The notes below the pieces were generated by a model, which searched no databases, was not told the DNA's origin, and saw nothing but the letters and a program-made list of their open reading frames with translations. This document shows, piece after piece, positions 1 to 8,610 of a stretch of 64,000 nt of DNA. The position numbers and the translations under genes are program-made. The stretch spans positions 1,000,486-1,064,485 of the forward strand of contig JAXHLG010000002.1 of assembly GCA_034522495.1 (NCBI GenBank), given 5' to 3'. Each line of letters starts with the position of its first letter. The stretch's first letter is position 1. This DNA comes from Candidatus Moraniibacteriota bacterium. Lineage in GTDB: Bacteria; Patescibacteriota; Minisyncoccia; Moranbacterales; DUUL01.

Positions 1-352
1 CAATGGCTCTTCTCTCTCTGGCGTTTTGGTAGTGAAGAATCGTGCCGGTCTCGGCATCAAGCACTATGGAGGCCTTGCCTCTCACATAAAAATTTCCAAA
101 TTCCTCTATTTTGCGAGGCGCCTCCGGGCTCCCCATCAGCAGCTGCTCGAAAGTAATATTGGCGCTGTTTTCAAACTCTCCGGCTTCCGCTCCTTTCACG
201 CTGATATTCTTCTCGAGCGCTTTCTCGCTCTTTTCTTTTTGGTTAAAAATGCTTTGAACCGACTTCAAAGAAGGAGAAACAAAAAACCAGCTGCTGGCGC
301 CCAAGACCGCCAGTGCAAAAAAAGAGTATTTTATTTTTGTTTTGTTGTTCAT
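1..352 (-). CDS. D-alanyl-D-alanine carboxypeptidase-like (serine peptidase S11/PBP5 type), N-terminal ~117 aa; gene continues past window start
   Basis: I translated the reverse strand myself from the ATG at 352-350. It gives MNNKTKIKYSFFALAVLGASSWFF (signal/TM) ... GKASIVLDAETGTILHYQNARERRAI, the segment that precedes the SxxK motif in DacB/PBP5-type enzymes. It is absent from the ORF track because there is no stop in the window. Confidence 0.5.
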   Translation of the reverse strand, partial: MNNKTKIKYSFFALAVLGASSWFFVSPSLKSVQSIFNQKEKSEKALEKNISVKGAEAGEFENSANITFEQLLMGSPEAPRKIEEFGNFYVRGKASIVLDAETGTILHYQNARERRAI

Positions 353-639
353 CAATAATTAAATTAAGCTAATTTTAAAACGATTTTAGAAATATTAGAA
401 ATAGACCCGATAAAACACAAAGCACAGACAATGAGGCAACTCAAAATTCAAAACGCAAATCGCCCACCGCCTTGCGGGGTCCCGCTTTTAATTTATCATA
501 ATTAAGGTAGCGGGAAAAACCACAGCCTAAAACTGAAAACCCTTTCTTGGCAATAAGAGCATGAAAAACAAGGATACTTCTAAGCAATCAAGCAAGGTGC
601 AATGATAGAAACTCAAATAAACAAAATGAATATTAATTA

Positions 640-700
640 GGGCCTGCCCCGCAGTGCGGGGCAAATAAGGTAAAACATTTATATTTTTAAAGCGGTGTGA
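640..700. repeat. Dispersed repeat family A, copy 1 (GC hairpin + AT-rich tail + AAAGCGGTG)
   Basis: The sequence is ggcctgccccgcagtgcggggcaaataaggtaaaacatttatatttttaaagcggtgtga. Near-identical copies lie at 22007-22067, 45101-45161 (inverted) and 63375-63436. This copy abuts the scpB stop codon. Confidence 0.85.
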
Positions 701-1246
701 TTATACGCTCCCGGACAGCTCTTCCTTGGAGAGTTTATCATAATCGGGCAAATCTTCCAACTTGTTCAGTCCGGCGGACTTCAAGAAGTCAAGGCCGGTT
801 TTGTAGAGAAAAGACCGGGAGTCATCGGGGTTCTCTTCTCTTTCTATCAGCCCCTGCATAGCCAGCTTTCTAACAATCAAGCGGCTGTTTACTCCTCTTA
901 TGTAATCAATTCCCGCTGTGCTGATTGGCCCCCGGTAGGCTGTGATGGCAAGAACTTCAAGAGCTGGCCCGCTCAAAGCGGCTTCATTTTTTTTCTGGTG
1001 AAACTTGGCAACCGAATCCGAAAAACTCTCGCTTGTTGCCATTTGAACCCGCTTCTCGTCCCACGCTAAAGACAGGCCCGAGCCCCTTTTTTTATAGTCC
1101 GCGGCAAGCTCTTCGATGCTCTCTCTGACCATTTTTCCGGACACTTTCAAGTGCTTGGCCAGCGAGTGGATCTCCGCTCCCCGGGCGTCGGAAAATACAA
1201 TTGCTTCTATTTCTTCCTTTATTTTGTCATTTTTTTTCTCAGGCAT
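701..1246 (-). CDS. scpB: Segregation and condensation protein B
   Basis: The 181-aa product has tandem winged-helix ScpB motifs (LEVLAITAYRGPISTAGIDYIRGVNSRLIVRKLAMQGLI). It lies directly downstream of scpA. Confidence 0.85.
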   Translation of the reverse strand: MPEKKNDKIKEEIEAIVFSDARGAEIHSLAKHLKVSGKMVRESIEELAADYKKRGSGLSLAWDEKRVQMATSESFSDSVAKFHQKKNEAALSGPALEVLAITAYRGPISTAGIDYIRGVNSRLIVRKLAMQGLIEREENPDDSRSFLYKTGLDFLKSAGLNKLEDLPDYDKLSKEELSGSV

Positions 1247-1262
1247 GATGCGATTTGGAAAA

Positions 1263-1985
1263 TTATCTGTTTTTAATAATCATTTCGGAAAAAAGAGCCT
1301 CTTGCTCCAAAATTATGGTTCTTTGCTTTACCAGTTCCAGCACTGACAGAAAAGCCGTCACAACTTCGGCGCTGTCTTTGCAGTTGGAAATCGTTTTGGA
1401 AAAGGCCACCCGGGCTCTTTTGCTCAAGACTTTTTTTATTTCTTCTATTTTCTCCTCTATTTTAAAGGCGTCCGGCAAACGTTTCTCTTCTTTTTCCAAC
1501 TCATTCCGCAACCGGGTCAGATCATTTCTGGAATTCAAGTAAGCTTTGGCCAAGAGCTTCGAGTCTATGTTGATCCTGTTTTCCCGGCTGCGCTTCCATT
1601 TTTTTCCGCCGGGATCTTCCCGGCGGCTCCATTTGGCATTTCCCGCCAAAAGCCTCCCGCCCAAATCATCCGCCGCTTTTTTGAATTTTCTATACTCTTG
1701 AAGGCGGAATTGCAGTTCTTCAATATCTTCCTCTTCTTCTTTTTCGAGATTGAATTCCGGCAGCAAGGCTTTTGATTTCAAAAGGGCCAGCCTGGAAGCG
1801 ATCCAGAGAAACTCGCTCAAGTTTCTCAGCCTTGCGCCCTCCTTCTGTTTCTTCTCCAGATAGCTCAGATATTCACCCGCCACCTCGGCCAGTGAAAGCT
1901 TGGTTATGTCCAGCCGGTTCTTTTCAATCAGCTTCAGCAATACATCCAGCGGACCTTCAAATTGAGGCGTTTTGATAGAATACAT
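1263..1985 (-). CDS. scpA: Segregation and condensation protein A (kleisin)
   Basis: The N-terminus FEGPLDVLLKLIEKNRLDITKLSLAEVAGEYLSYL is the canonical ScpA start. The gene is paired with scpB. Confidence 0.85.
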   Translation of the reverse strand: MYSIKTPQFEGPLDVLLKLIEKNRLDITKLSLAEVAGEYLSYLEKKQKEGARLRNLSEFLWIASRLALLKSKALLPEFNLEKEEEEDIEELQFRLQEYRKFKKAADDLGGRLLAGNAKWSRREDPGGKKWKRSRENRINIDSKLLAKAYLNSRNDLTRLRNELEKEEKRLPDAFKIEEKIEEIKKVLSKRARVAFSKTISNCKDSAEVVTAFLSVLELVKQRTIILEQEALFSEMIIKNR

Positions 1986-2157
1986 AATAATTAATCTTTA
2001 GAGTTTTATGCGAACCGATTTAACACAGATTGGTTGAAGAGCAAGATCCGCAAAATAATTATAAAATTCTAAATCCCTAAATTCTAAATTCTAAAGAATA
2101 TCAAAATTCAAAATATCTTCTTGGATATTTATTTTGCAGTTGTATTCGAAAAAATTT

Positions 2158-3009
2158 TCAGCTGATCGCTTTGTTGCACTCCTCCGCCATTCCTTCCGGA
2201 GTAATCTTGTTTTTATCCATTACTCTGCCTGCTCCCAAGGACTTGGCCTTTTCCAGCTCCTCCTTGCTGTCTGTCTCATCGGCCAGAATAAGGATGGGGG
2301 TCTTCTTGTTTTTCTTGGTGTGCCTGATTTCGTTGACAATCTCGGAGCCCTTTCGATCCGGCATCATAATATCGGTTATCACCAAATCGTATTGATTCAC
2401 GCCGACTTCGGAAATCCCCGCTTCCCCGCTTTCCACCGTAGTTACTTCAAATCCTTTGTTTTCCAGTTTAACTCCGAACACCTCCGAGAAGACGCTTTCA
2501 TCTTCAATCATCAAAATACTTCCCTTGCCGGACCGCCTCTCCGGCTTTGCTTTTTTCTTCTGATCACTCTTCCGGCTATTTTCTTTTTTTGTTTCTTCTC
2601 CTTCCGGCGTCTTGGAGTAGTCATAGCCGTCCTCATCCAGTCTTTTCATTATTTCATCCACCTTCTCCACAAGCTGGTGAGGCGTATATTCCGATTTGGC
2701 GATGAAGTCGTTGGCTCCCATTTCCTGAGCCTTGGCCTGGTTGTCCTCTTGAGCCAGATTGGAAAAAGGCACAATCATAACTTTATCCAAGCTTTCATCC
2801 TTGCGCGCTTCCCTGATAATCTCAAAGCCGTCCATTTCAGGCAAAACCAAATCCAAGAGGACCAAGTCGGGTTTTTCCTTTTTGATCTTTTCCATTGTTT
2901 CCGTCCCGGTGGTGGCTTTAATAACTTCATATCGGCCGGAGTTTTCAAATTTTTTCTGATAAATTTCCGAGAGCATGGGATCGTCCTCCACGATGAGTAT
3001 TTTCTTCAT
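2158..3009 (-). CDS. Response regulator with two receiver (REC) domains and no output domain
   Basis: REC1 reads MKKILIVEDDP...PDLVLLDLVLPEMDG. REC2 reads ILMIEDES...YDLVITDIMMPDRKG. The two are joined by a charged linker. Confidence 0.8.
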   Translation of the reverse strand: MKKILIVEDDPMLSEIYQKKFENSGRYEVIKATTGTETMEKIKKEKPDLVLLDLVLPEMDGFEIIREARKDESLDKVMIVPFSNLAQEDNQAKAQEMGANDFIAKSEYTPHQLVEKVDEIMKRLDEDGYDYSKTPEGEETKKENSRKSDQKKKAKPERRSGKGSILMIEDESVFSEVFGVKLENKGFEVTTVESGEAGISEVGVNQYDLVITDIMMPDRKGSEIVNEIRHTKKNKKTPILILADETDSKEELEKAKSLGAGRVMDKNKITPEGMAEECNKAIS

Positions 3010-3193
3010 AATTTTAAATTATTTTTTAACCCCCTCCCTTGAAGCTATTATAGCAAAAAAAAGCAAAATTGGATAGAACTTATTGATCAATAAGAATTTT
3101 GAATTTTGAATCAATTTTAAATTATCTAATTTCAAAAATTTTAGAATAATTAGAATAATTTTCCAATACACCAATATACCAATCTCCCGCCTC

Positions 3194-4654
3194 TCATTTC
3201 TCAACTTTGCATACTTTCACTCCATCAAATTCCGCCACTTGCTTCAGGTCGAGGCCTTGCCAATCGCAGGTGCCGTCAAGCACTACCGGATTTTCGAGTT
3301 CCTTTATCTGAGCCGGATCCTCCAATCGATTTTCGTTGCCCACCACTACCCACTTGGAAAAGTCCTCCGTTGGATTGCTTTTATTGTGGTATTTGATTCT
3401 GTCTTTGTTGAAGTAATAGCGGGTTGTCGTATAGTCGAACGGATTGGAAGTGACTATGGTGGCGTTTTCCCAGCCGCTTTGCTTGATTAATTGAGCCGCT
3501 TGATACCATTGAGTCTTGTATTCAATGGGCTTAAGGTTCAGCATCAAGAGCCCGAAGACAAAAAGGGCTACCAGCCAGCTATACTTGCTTCTGAACATGG
3601 CCACTGCCATTCCAGCAAAAAGAAGATAAATCATAACCGCCGCCGGCATAAAATAACGGGAAACGTATAATTTGATATTAAAGTGAGAGGCGATAATCAG
3701 AAAAGCCAGCGTTCCAAGAGAAACCAGCCCCAAGACAAAAAATTCCTTTCTTTTTTTCTTTTTTAGCCACGCTATCGTAAAAAGAGCCGTCATAAAAACC
3801 AATATCGCCAGCCCGGCAGAAGAACTGTCAAAGAAATACCTAAACGGATTGGCTTCCGGCACGCCACCCACTCCCGGCGGATGGCCGAAAAAGAATATCT
3901 GCAAGGTTTTCGGAATATCGCTTAAGTGCGAAGGATCAATCCATCCCAGATTGCCTTTCATCATATGACTGATGAAGACGTTTATCCAAGTAAGGAAAAA
4001 GGCGAAAATCACGCCCGTACCGGCCCAAAATTTAATGCTTTTGAAGGCAGCCTCTCCCAGGCTCATTTTTTGGAATATCTTTCGGTAAAACAGAAACGTC
4101 AAATAAAAGATGATGAAGAAAAACAGAGCTAAATAATGAGTATAGAATGAAAGTCCGCCGAAAACGCCCCACAAAATCCAATCGCGCCACTTGTCTTCTT
4201 GGAGAGCCTTCCAAAAAAACCAGATAGCCCAAAGCATCAAAAGCCCGAAAAGCGCGTACATTCGAGCTTCTTGGGAATACTGAATAGCAAACGGGGACAC
4301 TGCTCCCAAGGCGGCGGCCAGCAGTCCGGCTCTCCGGTCAAACATCTTCTTGCCGATCCAGTAAAGGGAAACCACCGTCAACAAGCCCAGAAAGACCGAG
4401 AAAGACCGAATTCCGGCAGGAGAGTAATCAAACAAAGAAGCCCAGGGCTTCACCAGCCAGTAATACAAAGGGGGGTGGACATCGTCAAAAATCATCTGAT
4501 TCATCTCGCCCCAAGAGTGCTTCAAAAGAATCCCCGTGAAAGCCTCGTCATACCAATAGTTTCTAACCTCCAAAACCGGGCTAACCCGCAAAAACAAGGC
4601 CGTTAAAAAGATAAATACAAGAACAATTATAGCGCTGCGCTTATTTATTTTCAT
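3194..4654 (-). CDS. Membrane glycosyltransferase, GT39/GT83 (ArnT/PMT-like) family
   Basis: The 486-aa multi-pass membrane protein has the N-terminal loop motif YWYDEAFTG ... DVHPPLYYWL typical of dolichyl/undecaprenyl-phosphate-sugar transferases. Confidence 0.7.
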   Translation of the reverse strand: MKINKRSAIIVLVFIFLTALFLRVSPVLEVRNYWYDEAFTGILLKHSWGEMNQMIFDDVHPPLYYWLVKPWASLFDYSPAGIRSFSVFLGLLTVVSLYWIGKKMFDRRAGLLAAALGAVSPFAIQYSQEARMYALFGLLMLWAIWFFWKALQEDKWRDWILWGVFGGLSFYTHYLALFFFIIFYLTFLFYRKIFQKMSLGEAAFKSIKFWAGTGVIFAFFLTWINVFISHMMKGNLGWIDPSHLSDIPKTLQIFFFGHPPGVGGVPEANPFRYFFDSSSAGLAILVFMTALFTIAWLKKKKRKEFFVLGLVSLGTLAFLIIASHFNIKLYVSRYFMPAAVMIYLLFAGMAVAMFRSKYSWLVALFVFGLLMLNLKPIEYKTQWYQAAQLIKQSGWENATIVTSNPFDYTTTRYYFNKDRIKYHNKSNPTEDFSKWVVVGNENRLEDPAQIKELENPVVLDGTCDWQGLDLKQVAEFDGVKVCKVEK

Positions 4655-4756
4655 TTTTTTATTTTAAAATTAATTAAAAATTGTTCCATTGTTATATTGT
4701 TCAATTGTTGCATCGATTACCAATTAAAAGAATAATTAAACAATTTAGCAATTGAA

Positions 4757-4786
4757 CCCCGTAAATTCGCTATCGCTCACACGGGG
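4757..4786 (-). repeat. Hairpin repeat family C, copy 1 (CCCCGT...ACGGGG)
   Basis: The reverse complement reads ccccgtgtgagcgatagcgaatttacgggg, identical to the copy at 20300-20329. Confidence 0.85.
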
Positions 4787-4800
4787 CGAGGCATCTAAAT

Positions 4801-5170
4801 ATAATTTAGCTTGTGAAGTTTATAAAGTGTGAAAGTGGAAAAAGCCACTTGTCACTCGTCACTAGTCACTAAAATTTAGCGACAAGGAGGAGGAGGGGGT
4901 GATTATTTCTATATCAGCAATAAAATAATGCAGTAATCATTAAATTACTTTGAAATAATTTATTCAAGATTCAAGATTCATAAAGTCAAGAGTAAAAAAA
5001 GTGTTCTGTCGTAAATATAAGTCACCTGTCACTAAATTTTCATTTTCCTAACTGATGTTACCTTTAAAGGAGAATCAGAAGTCTGACTTCTGGTTATTTC
5101 ATTCAAAATTTAGTGACGAGTGACGAGTGACGAGTGACTTTTTCCTTTCCCACTTTATAAACTAAATTAT
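4801..5170. repeat. Composite element: ~70-bp inverted repeats (family B) flanking a ~225-bp non-coding core
   Basis: The left arm (4801-4878) and right arm (5105-5170) are imperfect reverse complements (...ctttataaa..ttccactttcac..gtcac[n]gtcac[n]gtcactaaaattt). A third, solo arm lies at 8357-8426. Confidence 0.75.
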
Positions 5171-5230
5171 GCTTAAATGTTTAGATGTTTAAATGTTTAG
5201 ATGATAACATGTTAACATGCTAAAATGACT

Positions 5231-6049
5231 TTATTTATATATCGCCTTCCCCTTGACCCGCAGGTCAATATAATTCAGATTTTCCCTTTCCTCCGGTTCA
5301 ATTCGCTCTTCCAGGAGCTTTTTTAACAAATTGACTTGCGATTGGGCCGTTTGGCCGATGTTGAAATAAACTTCCCAGCCCTGATCAGTCTTTACCCTCA
5401 GTTCTTTGGACACTCTTGACGGCGTTTGCATTTCCCTGTCTATTTTAACATTTAATTCTTTTTCCAGCCACTTTTTCGATTGATAAGCAAAATCGATCAT
5501 CGAACCGGCCTTCATCCGCTCGCCCTCTTCAACAGCGGCGGATTTCTTCTCTTTAATGATCAAAAAATTATTGATTTTTCCATTGTTCAACTCTTCCTTT
5601 TTGGCTTTCTTGAAAACTTCCCCGCCGCTGTCAACCAAAAAATACTCTTCTCCGGCTTGCCAGATCGCTATGCTTCCTCTCGGTTCTGCTTTCAAAATAA
5701 TTTTCCCGGGAAATTTTTTCTCAATTTCTACTTTTTTTATAACATAAAATTCTTCTTTCAAAAAACTTTCCAGCCGGTCGGCCGAAATCAATATTATATT
5801 TCCGCGCGGCAAAAAGCTAAGTTTTCTGCCCCTCAAAAATTCCTCTGTTTTGTCTTTTATTTTTTTCTTATCCATTTCCGGAGAATGGACAACGGCATTT
5901 TCTATTCTCGCGTAATCGGAGAAGAAAATAGTCCAAACGGAAACCGAGAGAAAAGCCAGGAAAAGAACCCGGACAAGTATTTTTTTAAAATTAAAGCCCA
6001 GGAAAAAGCTTCTCTTTTTAATCTTCCTATTTTTCTTTTTTCTTAGCAT
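5231..6049 (-). CDS. ftsQ: Cell division protein FtsQ/DivIB (TM + POTRA)
   Basis: The protein has a basic N-terminus and one TM helix. A POTRA-like segment follows (IENAVVHSP...KVEIEKKFPGKIILKAEPRGSIAIWQAGEEYFLVDSGGEVF). Confidence 0.65.
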   Translation of the reverse strand: MLRKKKNRKIKKRSFFLGFNFKKILVRVLFLAFLSVSVWTIFFSDYARIENAVVHSPEMDKKKIKDKTEEFLRGRKLSFLPRGNIILISADRLESFLKEEFYVIKKVEIEKKFPGKIILKAEPRGSIAIWQAGEEYFLVDSGGEVFKKAKKEELNNGKINNFLIIKEKKSAAVEEGERMKAGSMIDFAYQSKKWLEKELNVKIDREMQTPSRVSKELRVKTDQGWEVYFNIGQTAQSQVNLLKKLLEERIEPEERENLNYIDLRVKGKAIYK

Positions 6050-6815
6050 TTTTTTGTCTTTTGCTTTTGTTTATTCTATTTCTAATCTCCCCGGCGGCCA
6101 GCTTGGCCGCTACGTAGGCATTTATGTTATGCCGCCCGAAAAGCTCCAATTTAACGCTTTGTTTTTCTTGTTTAAATTCCCAGTCAAACGATTCGCCGGA
6201 TTGAGTTCTTCTGATGTTTTTAATCCTGGCTTCCGCGTCCGGATCTCGGCCGAAAAGAATAACTTTGGATCGAGCCTCGCCGGAAAGGTTTTTGACCCTG
6301 GCATCGTCGGCATTTAAAATAACCGTTCCAGCTGGCGGAACGGCCTTTACCAAAAGCTGCATCTCCTTGGCTAAATCATCTTCCAAGCAGTCGTTGTCGG
6401 GGAAACTTTTGTTGATGTTGGAAATTACCGCCGCGCTGGGCTCCACTATGGAAAGCAGATACTTCATATCCCTTTTCCTGTTTACCCCCATTTCCAAGAC
6501 CAGCACCTTGGGAAAGTTCCTCCCGAAAAGGGCGATAAAAGTGCCGGTTATCAAGATGTCGCACCACTTGAAAATGGAAGAGTAGCCCGAAGGAAGAAAA
6601 AGAATCGCCAGTGGAAGGCCGATTTCTGTGTTGAAACTCCGAGGATTGCCCCTGACATTGCCGTTTTCGCTGAATTCTTTGATAATCTGGTTTTTTATGA
6701 AGGTTTTGTTGGTGGTTCCGGCAACCGAAACAACCATCGGCTTGTGCCGCCAAAGAACAATCTTGGTTATAAATTTTAAATATTTTTCTACTAATATCCT
6801 TCCAAGTTTCTTCAT
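6027..6815 (-). CDS. Mur ligase family protein, MurF-like central domain only (truncated architecture)
   Basis: MurF central-domain motifs are present: VAGTTNKT (P-loop-like), NTEIGLPLAIL, LVLEMG, ILNADD and FGRHNINAYVAAKLAA. At 262 aa it lacks the usual N- and C-terminal domains. Confidence 0.55.
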   Translation of the reverse strand: MKKLGRILVEKYLKFITKIVLWRHKPMVVSVAGTTNKTFIKNQIIKEFSENGNVRGNPRSFNTEIGLPLAILFLPSGYSSIFKWCDILITGTFIALFGRNFPKVLVLEMGVNRKRDMKYLLSIVEPSAAVISNINKSFPDNDCLEDDLAKEMQLLVKAVPPAGTVILNADDARVKNLSGEARSKVILFGRDPDAEARIKNIRRTQSGESFDWEFKQEKQSVKLELFGRHNINAYVAAKLAAGEIRNRINKSKRQKNAKKKEK

Positions 6816-6875
6816 AATTTGATTTTAGTTTAGGATATTTCTTTCTAGTTATATCTCTCTGTCACACCTTCTTCT

Positions 6876-6919
6876 AACACACCTTCAAGGTGTGATGGAT
6901 CACACCTTGAAGGTGTGTT
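6876..6919. repeat. 44-bp perfect-arm palindrome (two inverted copies of cacaccttSaaggtgtg)
   Basis: The sequence is aacacaccttcaaggtgtgatggatcacaccttgaaggtgtgtt. It lies between the aminotransferase stop and the murF-like start, so it could be a terminator and/or an operator. Confidence 0.7.
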
Positions 6920-7006
6920 GAGGTTTGTTGAGCTTTCTGGCGAAGAATTTATCAGATAGCTTAAGGGCATTTCCGCAAACAATTATCATCTTAAACTGGC
7001 TGAAAA

Positions 7007-8218
7007 TTAGGCATATTTTCTGCTCAAATAATCCTTTATTCTTGCAAAAGATTTTTCAATGTCTTCGTTGCTTCGGCCGAAACAAATCCTGAGATGATCT
7101 TCTCCTTTCAATCCAAATGCCACTCCGGGGACCAGCGCCACCTTGGCTTCATATAATAATTCTAACGCAAAACGCCAAGAAAGTGAACTCTTTTGATAAT
7201 CTTTCATATCATATTGATTGCCCGCTTTGGAAGATTGAAGCTGATCAGCCAATTTTTTGGTTATTTTCGGAAAAGCAAAGTAAGCAGCTTTAGGTTTTTG
7301 GTATTCAAACCATTCCGTCATGTTGTCCAAATAGCTGCAAACAATGTCCCTTCTTTCCAAAAACTCGCTTTTGAATTTCTCCACTTCGCCTCCTGCCATT
7401 TCCAAGGCGGTTAAGGCTCCCCACTGAGAAACCACCGGAGCGCAAGTGACCAGCACGTCATGCACCGCCAGAATTTTTTTTGCCAAGTCCCTCTCTGCGG
7501 CCAAGAAGCCCACCCTCCATCCGGTCATCGCGTAAGACTTGGAAAAAGAAAAGATATATATGATCCGGTTTCTGAACTTGGAAAATTGAGCCAAAGAATA
7601 AAAATCCAACCCGTCATAAACAAAATCCCTGTAAACTTCGTCCGAGAGAAGATACAGATTGTGCCTTTGAGCCAGCTCCAGAATTTTCAAAAGCTGGTCG
7701 CGGGAATAAACCGTGCCGGTGGGATTATTGGGGTTGCAAAAAAGAATCGCCCTTGTCTTGGATGTTATCTTTTTTTCTATTTCTTTTACGTCCAAACTCC
7801 ACCCTTCTTCCTCATTCAAGGGAAAAAAGGCGGGAGCGGCGCCGGCGTTTTTTATGGCTTCCTGGTAAGAGGTATAAGTAGGATCGGGAATAAGCACTTC
7901 CGAGCCCGGCTCAACCAAGGCCAGCAGTGAAGCGGTGATAGCTTCGATAGCGCCGGCCGTGACGATAATTTCCGATTCAAAGTCATAATAAATCCCCCTT
8001 TCGGCCAAATCCATTTCTATCGTCTCCCTGAATTCCAGCATCCCGGGAGAAAGAGAATATTTGTCCACTCTTCCCTCGGCAATGGCTTCGCAGGTTTTGC
8101 GATAAATACACTCGGGGGCTTTGAAGTTGGGAATCCCCTGCGCCAATGAAACCACGCCCGTCAACTTGGAAGAGCGGATTTCCATTTCTTTTATGGGAGA
8201 AAGTTTGAGAGATTGCAT
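7007..8218 (-). CDS. Pyridoxal-phosphate aminotransferase, class I/II (aspartate/aromatic type)
   Basis: Motifs seen: NPNNPTG, the PLP-lysine motif SFSKSYAMTGWRVGF, and a C-terminal RICF. Confidence 0.8.
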   Translation of the reverse strand: MQSLKLSPIKEMEIRSSKLTGVVSLAQGIPNFKAPECIYRKTCEAIAEGRVDKYSLSPGMLEFRETIEMDLAERGIYYDFESEIIVTAGAIEAITASLLALVEPGSEVLIPDPTYTSYQEAIKNAGAAPAFFPLNEEEGWSLDVKEIEKKITSKTRAILFCNPNNPTGTVYSRDQLLKILELAQRHNLYLLSDEVYRDFVYDGLDFYSLAQFSKFRNRIIYIFSFSKSYAMTGWRVGFLAAERDLAKKILAVHDVLVTCAPVVSQWGALTALEMAGGEVEKFKSEFLERRDIVCSYLDNMTEWFEYQKPKAAYFAFPKITKKLADQLQSSKAGNQYDMKDYQKSSLSWRFALELLYEAKVALVPGVAFGLKGEDHLRICFGRSNEDIEKSFARIKDYLSRKYA

Positions 8219-8356
8219 TGCAGATTCTTCAAGTAATTATTGAACCCTGTTTTGTTATAATAATACTTTTTCTTGGTTTTTTATTGTTCCATTGTTGCAT
8301 TGTTTCATTGTTTCATAGCTAATATAGACATCAACAAACCACTGTTGCTCGCTACT

Positions 8357-8426
8357 AGATTTTAGTGGCCAGTGACAAGTGGCCTTTTCCACTTTCACGC
8401 TTTATAAAATTCACAAACTAAATTAT
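8357..8426. repeat. Family B repeat, solo arm
   Basis: The sequence agattttagtggccagtgacaagtggccttttccactttcacgctttataaaattcacaaactaaattat matches the arms at 4801-4878 and 5105-5170. Confidence 0.7.
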
Positions 8427-8513
8427 TTTTGAATGCTTAGCCCGGCCGTTAAATGCTTATGTTCGATGTTTGTATGTTTAGATGCTTAAATGTTTGTATG
8501 CTTAAATGCCTTG

Positions 8514-8550
8514 CCCCGTGTGATCCCGCTTTGCGAGAGAACTTACGGGG
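8514..8550 (+). repeat. Hairpin repeat family C, copy 2 (variant loop)
   Basis: The sequence is ccccgtgtgatcccgctttgcgagagaacttacgggg, preceded by gccttg. It is embedded in ATG-word arrays at 8449-8513 and 8551-8607. Confidence 0.75.
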
Positions 8551-8610
8551 TTTAAATGTTTGTATGTTTAAATGTTTAGATGTTTAGATGTTTGTATGCT
8601 TGTATGAACC

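Noticed and set aside
26-358. 110-aa plus-strand ORF at the window start
   Set aside because: It lies antisense to a much more convincing minus-strand reading frame (1-352) that has a signal peptide and a PBP5/DacB-like segment. The plus-strand product has no recognisable features.
640-700. Family A hairpins as canonical intrinsic terminators
   Set aside because: The GC hairpin is not followed by a T-run in either orientation. Copies also occur upstream of genes as well as downstream.
2134-3042. 302-aa plus-strand ORF
   Set aside because: It is the antisense shadow of the tandem-REC response regulator. The product is a Phe/Leu-rich nonsense-like sequence with no start-site signals.
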